Shown here piece after piece: positions 42,665 to 52,289 of a stretch of 58,599 bases of DNA. The notes under the pieces are model-generated. The model was not told the DNA's origin. It ran no database searches and was given only the letters and a program-made list of their open reading frames with translations. The stretch is from contig CAZNVB010000150.1 of the NCBI GenBank assembly GCA_964576265.1, forward strand, positions 1-58,599, read 5' to 3'. Every line of letters begins with the position of its first letter. Within the stretch, counting starts at the first letter, position 1. The stretch is from an uncultured Eubacteriales bacterium. Its GTDB lineage: Bacteria; Acidobacteriota; Aminicenantia; Aminicenantales; UBA8522. A program made the position numbers and the translations under genes.

Positions 42665-44605
42665 TTACCAGAGATCGATGCCGTTGTCCTTGAAATAGCG
42701 CAGCCAGACGGTTCCGGCGGATTTGGCTTGGTCCTTTCCGGCCGCCAAAGAAACGCGAAGCGTGTATTTGGCGCCCGGGCGGACGCGGGCGATGCGAAGC
42801 GGATATTTGCTGAACGCATCCGTTTGGCTGCGGTTGAGCTCGGTGAACCGGGAGATCTCCCTTCCATCCTCGAACAGAGCCGCCCACTCGAAGAAAATCT
42901 CGTCGTTTCCGGCGTTCTGGACAAAGTTGAAACGATAGATTCCTTCTTGCTTGACATAGGGAGTCACGTCCCACCACAACTGGGTCCAGAGCCGTCCGAT
43001 TTCGCCTTCTTTCCATTCCCCGACTTTGATTTCGGGCCGGTGATAATCGACTCCCAGGGCGTCAAGCTTTGGGAAGTGCTCCTTGAGGCGGTTTGAGAAC
43101 GCGGCCAAATCTTTGCCTGCAGCCGGCGACCAGACGGCTTCGGCGAAGGCGCAGAGCCGAGGAAACATCTGCGGATCGACTTCAAATTCCTGGGTGTATT
43201 CCGCCCACAGGCAGCACTCTCCGCCCATGATGAGCGAAGCCTGTTCGGCCGTCAGTTCCGCCGGAACCGGGTTGAACGCATAGGCTTTCTCCAGCGAATT
43301 CAGAGTGCCGTAGTTTGCCCGGACTTCTTCGGGAACCTGCGGGCAGTAAAAATAGGTTCCGTGCCAGGGCGAGGAAATGACCGGATTTCCCTGCTTGGCT
43401 GCCGCCACCGCTCCGGCCAGCCCGCGCCAGGACTGAACAACCGAGGTCGGCGAGACGCCGCCTTCGAGGATCTCGTCCCAGCCGATGATGCGGCGGCCTT
43501 TCGATTGCATGTATCGATCGATCCGGCGGGTGAAATAGCCCTGGAGCTCGTTCTCATCCTTCAGGCCTTCGGCCTTGATCCGCGCCTGGCACTCGGGGCA
43601 GGACTTCCAATAATATTTCGGGCATTCATCGCCGCCGATATGAACATAGGTCGAGGGAAAAAGCGCGCAGACCTCGTCGAGGATATTTTGAAGGAATTCG
43701 AAGGTCAATTCCTTGCCCGGGCAGAAGACGTCGTTGAAGATCCCCCAGTGGTTTTCGACCGCGATCGGCTTTCCCGTGCAGGAATACTCCGGATAGGCGG
43801 CCAGCGCGGCCACGCTGTGTCCCGGCATCTCGATTTCCGGAACAACCGTGACGTAGCGGCTTTGGGCGTAAGCGACGATGTCCCTGACCTCCTCCTGGGT
43901 GTAAAACCCTCCGTAGCGTTTGCCGTTTTGTGTCCGCCAGGCGCCGACCTCGGTCAGTCGAGGATAGCGCTTGATCTCCAGCCGCCAGCCCTGATCCTCC
44001 GTCAGATGCCAGTGAAAGACGTTCATTTTGTGGTAGGCGAGAAGGTCGATGTAGCGTTTGATCAGGTCGACAGACATGAAATGCCGGCCGCAGTCGAGGA
44101 GCATGCCCCGCCAGGCGAAGCGCGGCCGGTCCTCTATCTCGAGGCAGGGGATCTGCCTCTGCCCCGCGATCAGCTGCCGGAGCGTCTGAATTCCGTAGAA
44201 CAGGCCCGCCGGCTTGAGAGCGGAGATGACGATCGAACGGGGAGCGATTTTCAGCCGATATCCTTCGGCGCCCAAATTCTTGAGTGATTTGACGATTCCC
44301 AATGCGATCATGGCGGGAGAGCGGATTTCATCTGACGTTTTTTTGATTTCGAGCTGATCCCCGCGGCTTTCCTGCCAGACTTGCGCCAGATAGGCAGCCA
44401 GGTCAGCCACCTCCCGTTCGCTGGTCTTGGTCAGGATTTCCGGCTTCTGAGCGGTGAAGAACGATCCCTTCTCGATGATGATCTTTTCCGGTCGCGGGAT
44501 GATCCCGATTCCGGCCTTGGCCGTCGCCGGCACTTCCTGCATGGCGATCGCCCATAGACCCCATCCGAAAAACCCGAGACTGAAAAATGTCGCTATTCTG
44601 TTCAT
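42665..44605 (-). CDS. GH20 beta-N-acetylhexosaminidase with a C-terminal beta-sandwich extension
   Basis: RFAWRGMLLDCGRHFMSVDLIKRYIDLLAYHKMNVFHWHLTEDQGWRLEIKRYPRLTE...VTVVPEIEMPGHSVAAL...VHIGGDECPK, which includes the catalytic D-E pair context. It has a signal peptide and an AGGAGG SD. Confidence 0.92.
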   Translation of the reverse strand: MNRIATFFSLGFFGWGLWAIAMQEVPATAKAGIGIIPRPEKIIIEKGSFFTAQKPEILTKTSEREVADLAAYLAQVWQESRGDQLEIKKTSDEIRSPAMIALGIVKSLKNLGAEGYRLKIAPRSIVISALKPAGLFYGIQTLRQLIAGQRQIPCLEIEDRPRFAWRGMLLDCGRHFMSVDLIKRYIDLLAYHKMNVFHWHLTEDQGWRLEIKRYPRLTEVGAWRTQNGKRYGGFYTQEEVRDIVAYAQSRYVTVVPEIEMPGHSVAALAAYPEYSCTGKPIAVENHWGIFNDVFCPGKELTFEFLQNILDEVCALFPSTYVHIGGDECPKYYWKSCPECQARIKAEGLKDENELQGYFTRRIDRYMQSKGRRIIGWDEILEGGVSPTSVVQSWRGLAGAVAAAKQGNPVISSPWHGTYFYCPQVPEEVRANYGTLNSLEKAYAFNPVPAELTAEQASLIMGGECCLWAEYTQEFEVDPQMFPRLCAFAEAVWSPAAGKDLAAFSNRLKEHFPKLDALGVDYHRPEIKVGEWKEGEIGRLWTQLWWDVTPYVKQEGIYRFNFVQNAGNDEIFFEWAALFEDGREISRFTELNRSQTDAFSKYPLRIARVRPGAKYTLRVSLAAGKDQAKSAGTVWLRYFKDNGIDLW

Positions 44606-44628
44606 CGGACCTCCTGATTGGCGAGGCC

Positions 44629-44658
44629 AGTGTAGTGCTTCGGCAGAAAAGATGTCAA
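44629..44658 (-). promoter_or_regulatory. Promoter candidate TTGACA-18 nt-TACACT for the GH20 gene
   Basis: Minus strand: TTGACAtcttttctgccgaagcacTACACT, about 20 nt upstream of AGGAGG and ATG 44605. Confidence 0.4.
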
Positions 44659-44741
44659 CCCGCCAGCGGCAAATTGACTTTCTCTTGCGATTTCTATAAG
44701 AAAAACTCTGTGTTCATTATTCTGATGAGGAGGGTCAAGCG

Positions 44742-47444
44742 GTGCGCGTAAAAAGACAGGTCCGGCGGGTTCTTCGGCCGTCGATTTTATTTGCGGCGGC
44801 GTTGCTTGTGTTCATGGTCGACAGGGGCTCGGCCATGACCGGGGCGACTGACCAGCCTCGGATTCCTTATTCCAGCCAAGAGCTCTTCGCTCTCGGCGGG
44901 CAGAGAGTCTTCGAGGGGGAGAATCTCAATGAGATTGCCTTTCCGCTCGGCGGAATCGGAACCGGGACGGTCTCTCTAGGCGGCCGCGGAAACCTTCGGG
45001 ATTGGGAGATTTTCAATCGTCCCGGTAAAGGCGTCAACCTTCCGTTCACTTTTTTTGCCCTCTATTATGAGGAAGAGGACGGTCGGAAAGGCGTCCGTGT
45101 CCTTGAAGGTCCCTTGAACCCGCCGTTCAGCGGCCGCGACGGCGTCCCTCGGACCGGGGTCCCCGGACTTCCGCGTATGGAAAAAGCGCGATTTTTCGGC
45201 GAATACCCCTTAGCAAGAGTGGAGTTTGAGGACAGACGGGTCCCTCTGGCGATTTCGCTGGAAGCGTTCAACCCATTCATCCCCCTGAAGCCGGAAGAAT
45301 CCGGCATTCCCGCTGCGGTCCTCCGGTTTCGGGTCAAGAATCTCAGCCGGACGAAGATCAAAATCACCGTCGCCGGGTCGATCATGAATCCGATCGGCTT
45401 TGACGGACGCGACACAATCGCCGGCCTAAGCAACGAGAAATTCGGCGGAAACCTCAACCAGATCCGCCGGACGCCGACTCTTTCCGGCCTGTTCATGAGT
45501 TCGAAAAAGGTCGAACCGGGCTCCCCCGCGTTCGGCACCATGGCCCTCGCCACGACATGGAAGGACATCACCCACGTTTCCCATTGGGTGCGAGGCGATT
45601 GGTGGGACGACCTGCAAATTTTCTGGGATGATTTCAGCGACGACGGCCGGCTGAAGGCGACGGCGGAAGAAGATGCGTCTCCCGACAGGAGGACGGATGT
45701 CGGCTCCCTCGGACTTCTGGCCGTGATCGAACCTTATGCGGAAATTCAGCTGCCTTTCTTTCTCACCTGGCATTTTCCGAATGTCCTGAACGACTTTGAT
45801 ATTGTCCGGGAACAGAGGGGCGGCGTTTTCAAGAACCGTTACGCCGAGCGCTTCGCCGACGCCTGGGACGCAGCCGAACATCTCGCCGCCGCTCTCCCGC
45901 GCTTGGAAAGGGAAACCCGGCTTTTCCATCAGGCGCTCTTTTCGACGACCCTGCCTCCCTATGTGATCGACGCTCTCTCCAGCCAGATGTCCACCATCCG
46001 GACGACGACCTGTCTCTGGCTCGAAGGCGGAAAATTCTTCGGGTTCGAGGGATGTAACGATCGGAGCGGATGCTGTCCGCTGAACTGCGCCCATGTCTGG
46101 AACTATGAACAGAGTCTGGCCTTCCTTTTTCCCAGCCTCGAGCGCTCGATGCGCGAAACGGATTTTCTCACTCAGGTCAGGCCGGACGGAGCGATGATCT
46201 TCCGAACCTCGCTACCCCTCGGCGCTTCCTACTGGAATTTTCGGCCGGCGGCGGACGGTCAGATGGGGCGAATCATCAGTCTCTACCGCGACTGGCAGAT
46301 TTCAGGCGACAACGAATTTTTGAGGAAACTCTGGCCTCAGGCGAAGAAAGCCCTGGAATACGCCTGGATATCCTGGGATGCGGACCGGGACGGAATCATG
46401 GAGGGAGAGCAGCACAACACTTACGACATCGAGTTCTACGGTCCGAACAGCATGATGGGCGGATTTTATCTCGGAGCGCTTCTGGCGGGGTCGAAGATGG
46501 CCGAAGCCATGGGCGACAAAGGTGCGGCCAGGATGTATCTCGATCTTTTGGAGAAAGGGAAAAAGAAGTATGACGAGCTTCTCTGGAACGGAGAATATTA
46601 CGTCCAGAAATCCGATCAGGTGATGGAGAAAAAATATCAGTACGGCGAGGGCTGCCTTTCCGACCAGGTCCTTGGCCAGTGGCTGGCCATGGTTGCCGGG
46701 CTCGGCCGCTTTCTCCCCGAGAACCGTCTCCAAACGGCCCTCGGCTCGATCTTTCGCTACAACTTCAGGCCAGATTTCCGCGACTTTTCCAATGTCCAGA
46801 GGACTTATGCCCTAGGCGATGAGAAAGGGCTCTTGCTCTGCTCCTGGCCGAAGGGCGGGCGTCCGCCGCTTCCGTTTGTCTATTCGGATGAAGTCTGGAC
46901 GGGGATCGAGTATCATGTCGCTTCGCATCTGATTTATGAGGGCTTGCTCGAAGAAGGCCTGTCGCTTGTCAAAGCCGTGCGCGACCGCCATGACGGCCGG
47001 CGCCGCAACCCCTGGGATGAATTCGAGTGCGGGCATCACTACGCCCGGGCGATGTCGTCATGGGGACTGCTTCTCGCTTTATCCGGGTTTTCGTATTCGG
47101 GCCCGGATCTTCGGCTCGGATTCGCTCCGTGCCTCTCAGCGGAGAGTTTTCGCACCTTCTGGTCCACGGGATCCGGCTGGGGAACCTTCGAGCAGAAAGC
47201 GAAGAATGAAAAGGCGGTCGAAGCGGGATTGGCCGTCGCCTCGGGCGAGCTCGGGCTCAAAGAATTCTCCTTCCTTCTCCCGCCGGCTTTTCAAGATCGA
47301 GATCCGGTGTCTACGAGTGCCCGGCTCGACGGGAAGCCCCTCAAGCTCCAGGCCGTCAAGAACAGCCGCCGGGTCATCATTCGTTGGGAAAAGCCGGCCG
47401 TCCTGAAGGCCGGAGATCAGCTGTCGATCGAACTGGGGTTTTAG
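44742..47444 (+). CDS. GH116-family beta-glucosidase (GBA2 / non-lysosomal glucosylceramidase-like)
   Basis: The N-terminal domain signature is IAFPLGGIGTGTVSLGGRGNLRDWEIFNRPGKG. The catalytic (DUF608-type) region has GCCPLNCAHVWNYEQSLAFLFP and DGIMEGEQHNTYDIEFYGPN. The GTG start has GAGGAGGG 7 nt upstream. Confidence 0.88.
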   Translation: MRVKRQVRRVLRPSILFAAALLVFMVDRGSAMTGATDQPRIPYSSQELFALGGQRVFEGENLNEIAFPLGGIGTGTVSLGGRGNLRDWEIFNRPGKGVNLPFTFFALYYEEEDGRKGVRVLEGPLNPPFSGRDGVPRTGVPGLPRMEKARFFGEYPLARVEFEDRRVPLAISLEAFNPFIPLKPEESGIPAAVLRFRVKNLSRTKIKITVAGSIMNPIGFDGRDTIAGLSNEKFGGNLNQIRRTPTLSGLFMSSKKVEPGSPAFGTMALATTWKDITHVSHWVRGDWWDDLQIFWDDFSDDGRLKATAEEDASPDRRTDVGSLGLLAVIEPYAEIQLPFFLTWHFPNVLNDFDIVREQRGGVFKNRYAERFADAWDAAEHLAAALPRLERETRLFHQALFSTTLPPYVIDALSSQMSTIRTTTCLWLEGGKFFGFEGCNDRSGCCPLNCAHVWNYEQSLAFLFPSLERSMRETDFLTQVRPDGAMIFRTSLPLGASYWNFRPAADGQMGRIISLYRDWQISGDNEFLRKLWPQAKKALEYAWISWDADRDGIMEGEQHNTYDIEFYGPNSMMGGFYLGALLAGSKMAEAMGDKGAARMYLDLLEKGKKKYDELLWNGEYYVQKSDQVMEKKYQYGEGCLSDQVLGQWLAMVAGLGRFLPENRLQTALGSIFRYNFRPDFRDFSNVQRTYALGDEKGLLLCSWPKGGRPPLPFVYSDEVWTGIEYHVASHLIYEGLLEEGLSLVKAVRDRHDGRRRNPWDEFECGHHYARAMSSWGLLLALSGFSYSGPDLRLGFAPCLSAESFRTFWSTGSGWGTFEQKAKNEKAVEAGLAVASGELGLKEFSFLLPPAFQDRDPVSTSARLDGKPLKLQAVKNSRRVIIRWEKPAVLKAGDQLSIELGF

Positions 47445-48955
47445 AGGCCCGCCTTTTGAGCTTGATCGAGTTCCCGGGCGGCCAGCTCCGCCTTGATTTT
47501 CATCATGACCATCCGATCGACGGGGTAAGCGAGAATGACCAGGAAGGCCAGTCCGGCGAAGATTGCTCCCGAGATGAAGGTTTCCAGGGCGACATTTCTT
47601 GCCGCCTGAGCCGTCTGGACTTTGGCCTCGGAAACGATTCCGGCCCAGTTGAGCATCAACCCGGTGAGAAGGAGTCCCAGAGAAAGCGCGGCTTTGGAAA
47701 AAAAACTGAAGACCGCGGCATAGCTTCCGTCTTTGAGAACGCCCGTCCGATGCTTATTGATCTCGGAGAGGTCGGCGACCATGGAGGCAGCAAGGGGACC
47801 GATGACGCCGCTTCCTGCCCAGTACATTGCCTGGAAAAATGCGAAGGCGATCACGGCGAGGGGAAGAACCGTCCTGCCCAAGGCCGGAATTCCCTCCGGC
47901 AGGACGAGAACAGCCCGGGGACGGAGGAGGCCGCCGCCGAAAAGAAGAAGGAGCATCAGATTTCCCGCCACACTCAGCGCCACTCCGACCCCGGCCGCAG
48001 GCTTCTTGTCCAGCCGGTGCACCAGGATCGGCGCCAGCCAGGCGCCGAAGGCGAAGCCGACCATCGTGCTGCCGTGAGCCAATGTTTTCTGGAGATCGGT
48101 GAACTCCATGTAGAAACGGTAGGTGAACATTTGGATCTGGGCGACAAACATCATCCCCAGCTGAGCGACGCCGAAAAAGAGGAAGACGATCATCGCCCGC
48201 CGGTCGGTCAAGATCTCCCGCATGTCGCGAAAGAACTCGTTCCAGCCTTTGCCCTTGATTTCTCGGCTGGCTCGGGTGTCGTAGGCGTAGCGACGGGTGG
48301 AGAAAAAACAGATCAGGATCAAAACGAAAGACGCTAGGGCGAGGACCGCGCCCATCCGGGGGTAGTTTGATCTCAATGTTGTTCCGTCCACCAGCGCGCC
48401 GCCTGTCGATCTTCGGTCGGAGAAAAAAAGCATCCAGCCGCCGGCGTTGAAGAGGAGATTCATCGTCATGTTGAAAATGGAACGGACGCTCTGCAGGGTG
48501 GCCCGCTCCTCATAGTCGGTGCAAATTTCGAAACCGAGGGCCGCGTAAGGGACGCCGAACACCGTCCAGGTCGTGCGGACAATCAAGTTGACGACGAGGA
48601 TATACCAGAAAATCGCTGTCGGCCCTTGAAACGCCGAGGGAACAAACCAGAGGAAGAAAAAGGAGACGGCCAGGGAAAAACCGCCGACAAGGATGTAAGG
48701 ATGGCGCCGGCCGAAGCGGCTGCGGGTGTGGTCGGTGATGTGCCCCATGACCGGATCGGAAACCGCGTCCCAGAGCAGAGAAATAGAGAGAGCCAAACCG
48801 GCCCATTGGCTGTTCAGCCCGAGGACCTGAACATAGTAGAGCAAAGCGAAAGCGGCGATGCCGTTCATCGTCAACGAGGTCGCCCCTTCGCCGCTGGCAT
48901 AGAGAATGATTTGCCGGAGCGGCGTCCTCCGGCTTTGATTCATTCCCGGTTTCAT
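47441..48955 (-). CDS. MFS transporter, glycoside-pentoside-hexuronide (GPH):cation symporter family
   Basis: LYASGEGATSLTMNGIAAFALLYYVQVLGLNSQWAGLALSISLLWDAVSDPVMGHITDHTRSRFGRRHPYILVGG is the GPH/MelB-type signature region. I place the start at ATG 48955, which forms an ATGA overlap with the upstream stop. The track starts at 48997. Confidence 0.88.
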   Translation of the reverse strand: MKPGMNQSRRTPLRQIILYASGEGATSLTMNGIAAFALLYYVQVLGLNSQWAGLALSISLLWDAVSDPVMGHITDHTRSRFGRRHPYILVGGFSLAVSFFFLWFVPSAFQGPTAIFWYILVVNLIVRTTWTVFGVPYAALGFEICTDYEERATLQSVRSIFNMTMNLLFNAGGWMLFFSDRRSTGGALVDGTTLRSNYPRMGAVLALASFVLILICFFSTRRYAYDTRASREIKGKGWNEFFRDMREILTDRRAMIVFLFFGVAQLGMMFVAQIQMFTYRFYMEFTDLQKTLAHGSTMVGFAFGAWLAPILVHRLDKKPAAGVGVALSVAGNLMLLLLFGGGLLRPRAVLVLPEGIPALGRTVLPLAVIAFAFFQAMYWAGSGVIGPLAASMVADLSEINKHRTGVLKDGSYAAVFSFFSKAALSLGLLLTGLMLNWAGIVSEAKVQTAQAARNVALETFISGAIFAGLAFLVILAYPVDRMVMMKIKAELAARELDQAQKAGL

Positions 48956-51900
48956 GGGATTCTTGCCGGTTTCAGATCGGGAAGCCGGTACCGCCAAAGA
49001 CGGGCATTGGAGGCAAAATACAGCATCCCATCCTTAACGGCCAGGCCTGCCGTGGCCGGAACCGGAAGATCGGCCAATTTTTCCGGGCTGATCGGCCGGT
49101 CGAGGCGGAGGATGGACGAGCTGAGGAGGCCATAGATCGTTCCTCCCTGGGCCGCCGCCAGAGCGGGCCGGACCAGGCTGCCGAAGCGGGACAGATCCTC
49201 GAGGTGGACGACTTTCTTCTGCTTGAGGTCGAAGACAAAATATTTCGAACCCGAGGCGAGGCCGTAAATCAGTCCGTCCGGACCGACCTCGAGGCTGAAA
49301 ACCTCCTCGGCGCCTGGGACCGGAACCGTGCGGAAGACGACTTTTTTTGTCTTCCAGTCCAGGAGATAGAGGACGCCCTCCTTTTCCCGCGGATGACCCC
49401 CGCCGGGCGTGAGAACGCTCGTTCCGCCCACTAGGTCGCCGTTGGGCAGAGCTTTGAGAGTGTGAGTGCTGTGAAAGGGAATGACCTGCTCATGAGTGAG
49501 GAGGGTCTTTTCACCCGTCCTGAGATTGACGATGCCGATGCCTCCGCCGGTCATGCCGTATCCCATGAACCCGGCCATCAGGACGTGCTCTCCATCAGGA
49601 TGAGCGAGACAGGTCCGGGGTCGGGCGATGTCGCCCTCGAATTGAGCGATGATCTTGGGGTTCGGGTCGGCCGGATTCTCCTGATCGAACGGTCGGCTGG
49701 TGTCGAAGAGGTGGAAGTACCCGCTACTGTAGGAAGGCCCGACAAGGAATTTTCCCTGGGTGGCCAGGGCGCAGATATTGCCGCCGCCGATCCCCTTGAC
49801 GGGACCGAAGTCGGTCGTCGTCTGGGTTGCGGGATCATAGGCAAAGAAATGCATCGGATGCATCGTCGAGCCGTAGATTTTTCCGTCAGGGCCGACCGCG
49901 ACGGTGCTGATGGCCGCGCCGCCGGAGCGAAACCGGATCTCGATTTTCTTCTCCGAACCTGTTTTTGGGTCTCTGATCACCATCCATCGCTCCGGCAGAT
50001 TGTAGCGGACAAGCTCGCGGCCATCGGGGAAGACGCCGCTCACCGTCCCGAACGGGATCGCCTGCCGGGGCTCGAATTCCGGCAGGCTTTCTTTGGTCAC
50101 AGGCTCCGCTTTTCCGGCGAGCATCCTGAACCATTTTTCCCCTGCCTCCCCGTAAACGCGGCCGTCCAGGCCTCTGTGGACGCGGGCGGTCCCGAGAATC
50201 CGATCCTTTTCGGGAACAAGGGACCGCATCTCTCCGGTTTTCGGATCGAACGCGACGACGTTCATGCGGGCCGTCCCGATGCCGCAGTAGATCCATCCGG
50301 CCGAGTCCGTCGCCATGTTGCTCGGATAATGCTCCTCAGGGTCCATCCGGCCGTGGTCTTTCATCTCCTTTGTTTTCGGATCGAAGGAGACAAGATGGGA
50401 GTTCGGGTAGCTTCCCGCGTAGATCCTGCCGTCCGGGCCGTCGACCATCGCGCTTCCGGTGTAGCATTCCTCGGTCGGCGCCGGCACGCCGGCGAAGGTG
50501 AAACGCCGTTCGTCGAGGTCGAATTCGAGGAGGGTCGGACCGGCAAAGGTATAGAAACGGCCGTTTCGACTGAGGAGCGAGGCGTAGGGCGCCCAGGCGG
50601 CGAATCTTTCCGACCGGGTCATTTCCGGGAAGACATGCTGCTCTGTTTCTCCGCTATCGATGTCCGTGACGAGAAGCGAGCCCAGGGGACTCATGTCGAG
50701 CAGGCAGGCGATGGCCAGAGATCGTCCCTTGGCATCCTGGGCGACGACGACCCCGCGGCTCTCGGAGACCGGGGCGGCGATGCCGAGGTCGGCGAATCCG
50801 CTCTCCTTGACCAGGCTGGATCGGATCGCCTCTTCCCCTTTAAGATGCTTATCCAGCCAGCCGTAGATGAGCTGGCGGGCTTCGTAAGGGACGGAATGAC
50901 CCTGGCCGTGACTGTAGAAGGCAAAATTCTGCGGCGCCTGCTCCAGCTCATAGACGTCCATCACTTTCATCAGCATCAGGACCCGCTGGCGGTAGGTGAG
51001 TTGGGCGAGCCGAGGTTCGTCGCCGGCGATATAGTCGTTGAGGGCGCTGAGATCGAGGAAGGGACGCGGGGCGACGAGGGCCATGATCTCATGCATGTCG
51101 ATCGGCGGAAGCTCGCCCCGAAGCAGTCCGGGCCGCAGATGCTTGAAATACACATACCACTCGTCCCGGGCCCAGGCTTCGACCTTGCTGTTCTGTCGGA
51201 AGGGAGCGCAGGCCGAATTGGCGACGGTGACCTTGATTCTCGGATCGTAGGCGGCCAGGAAATAAGCTCCGTGCCCGCCGAGAGAATGGCCGATGACTCC
51301 GATCCTCTCCGGGTCGACTTCGGGCAATGTCTGAAGGACATCGACGGCGATGGCGTGCTCATAGGCGGCTTTCCCGACAGCCGTCCACTGGGGATGCTTC
51401 TCGTAAAACCGCTGGGTGTTGTAAGCGCCCTCGGGAGGGATGCGTTCCCCGGCGACAAAATGATCGGGAGCGATGACGACATAGCCGCGCCGGGCGAGCT
51501 GGTCGAGAAACGCTTTCTCCGGATTGTCTTCGAGGCCGGCCTCCCGCTCTTTCCCGCGGGGGTACGTGCCGTGAAGGGTGACCATCGCCGGGGCCGGTTT
51601 ATTGATCCTCAGCGGAACGGCGAGAAATGCGTGGGCCCTTTCCTCCGGTTCGACGGCGTAGCTGATCAGCCGGCGCTCATAGATGCCGTCGACTTCCACC
51701 GATTCATGGGTGATGAGGCCGAGGGGAGGCTTGGCCGGCTTATAGGCGTCGCGGATGAGCTCGAGATATCTTTTCCTCAGGATTTCTTTGCGCTCTTTCC
51801 AGTCGGCGGCATTTCTTACGCCCTCGAGAAGGTCATCCCAGGAGCTGACGATCGGCTGAGGATCGGAACGGCGGCGGACGGGCTGATCCTGGCGGAACGA

Positions 51901-51963
51901 GCCGGCAAAGGAAATGAAAAAGAGAAGGACAAGAACGATTCCGATCTCGGCTTTTCTCTTCAT
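48952..51963 (-). CDS. Secreted fusion: N-terminal alpha/beta-hydrolase (esterase) + C-terminal beta-propeller-like domain
   Basis: ATG 51963 (GGAGAGG SD) gives the signal peptide MKRKAEIGIVLVLLFFISFAGS. Esterase part: LARRGYVVIAPDHF...LPEVDPERIGVIGHSLGGHGAYF. Propeller part: GRIYAGSYPNSHLVSFDPKTKEM, GWIYCGIGTARMNVVAFDPKTGEM, GKIYGSTMHPMHFFAYDPATQ and GLIYGLASGSKYFVFDL. Confidence 0.8.
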   Translation of the reverse strand: MKRKAEIGIVLVLLFFISFAGSFRQDQPVRRRSDPQPIVSSWDDLLEGVRNAADWKERKEILRKRYLELIRDAYKPAKPPLGLITHESVEVDGIYERRLISYAVEPEERAHAFLAVPLRINKPAPAMVTLHGTYPRGKEREAGLEDNPEKAFLDQLARRGYVVIAPDHFVAGERIPPEGAYNTQRFYEKHPQWTAVGKAAYEHAIAVDVLQTLPEVDPERIGVIGHSLGGHGAYFLAAYDPRIKVTVANSACAPFRQNSKVEAWARDEWYVYFKHLRPGLLRGELPPIDMHEIMALVAPRPFLDLSALNDYIAGDEPRLAQLTYRQRVLMLMKVMDVYELEQAPQNFAFYSHGQGHSVPYEARQLIYGWLDKHLKGEEAIRSSLVKESGFADLGIAAPVSESRGVVVAQDAKGRSLAIACLLDMSPLGSLLVTDIDSGETEQHVFPEMTRSERFAAWAPYASLLSRNGRFYTFAGPTLLEFDLDERRFTFAGVPAPTEECYTGSAMVDGPDGRIYAGSYPNSHLVSFDPKTKEMKDHGRMDPEEHYPSNMATDSAGWIYCGIGTARMNVVAFDPKTGEMRSLVPEKDRILGTARVHRGLDGRVYGEAGEKWFRMLAGKAEPVTKESLPEFEPRQAIPFGTVSGVFPDGRELVRYNLPERWMVIRDPKTGSEKKIEIRFRSGGAAISTVAVGPDGKIYGSTMHPMHFFAYDPATQTTTDFGPVKGIGGGNICALATQGKFLVGPSYSSGYFHLFDTSRPFDQENPADPNPKIIAQFEGDIARPRTCLAHPDGEHVLMAGFMGYGMTGGGIGIVNLRTGEKTLLTHEQVIPFHSTHTLKALPNGDLVGGTSVLTPGGGHPREKEGVLYLLDWKTKKVVFRTVPVPGAEEVFSLEVGPDGLIYGLASGSKYFVFDLKQKKVVHLEDLSRFGSLVRPALAAAQGGTIYGLLSSSILRLDRPISPEKLADLPVPATAGLAVKDGMLYFASNARLWRYRLPDLKPARIP

Positions 51964-52015
51964 GGCGGTTTCCTCTCCAAACGAAATCGGCCGGCCCATC
52001 GCGGCTCAAGCCAAG

Positions 52016-52045
52016 AAGATATCTCTTTCCGCTCGGTCGGGTCAA
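52016..52045 (-). promoter_or_regulatory. Promoter candidate TTGACC-18 nt-TATCTT for the esterase-propeller/GPH operon
   Basis: Minus strand: TTGACCcgaccgagcggaaagagaTATCTT, about 50 nt upstream of ATG 51963. An AT-rich stretch lies further upstream (52084-52135). Confidence 0.35.
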
Positions 52046-52289
52046 GAAGAGATCGGCTTGATAACGGCTCTCGTCCCGACCCTGATTTGATTATTTCTAT
52101 AAAATTTATCGGAAAAATAGGAATAAAATCCTCCAAGGACGGCGAGTTGGATACGCGGCCGGCCACGGGGACGGGGAATTCCTCGTCGGGGAAGCCGAGG
52201 GGGCCAGCGGATGGAATCTGAGCCCTCGGCTGCGGTCGGTTCGGAGTCTGACCCCTCGGTCGCAGGCTGCGGGTTCATCCTCCGCCCGA

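Noticed and set aside
52042-52278. 78-aa ORF with a repeated EGSDS motif.
   Set aside because: The peptide repeat merely mirrors the 23-nt DNA direct repeat in an intergenic region. There is no SD, and the tail is Arg/Pro-rich.
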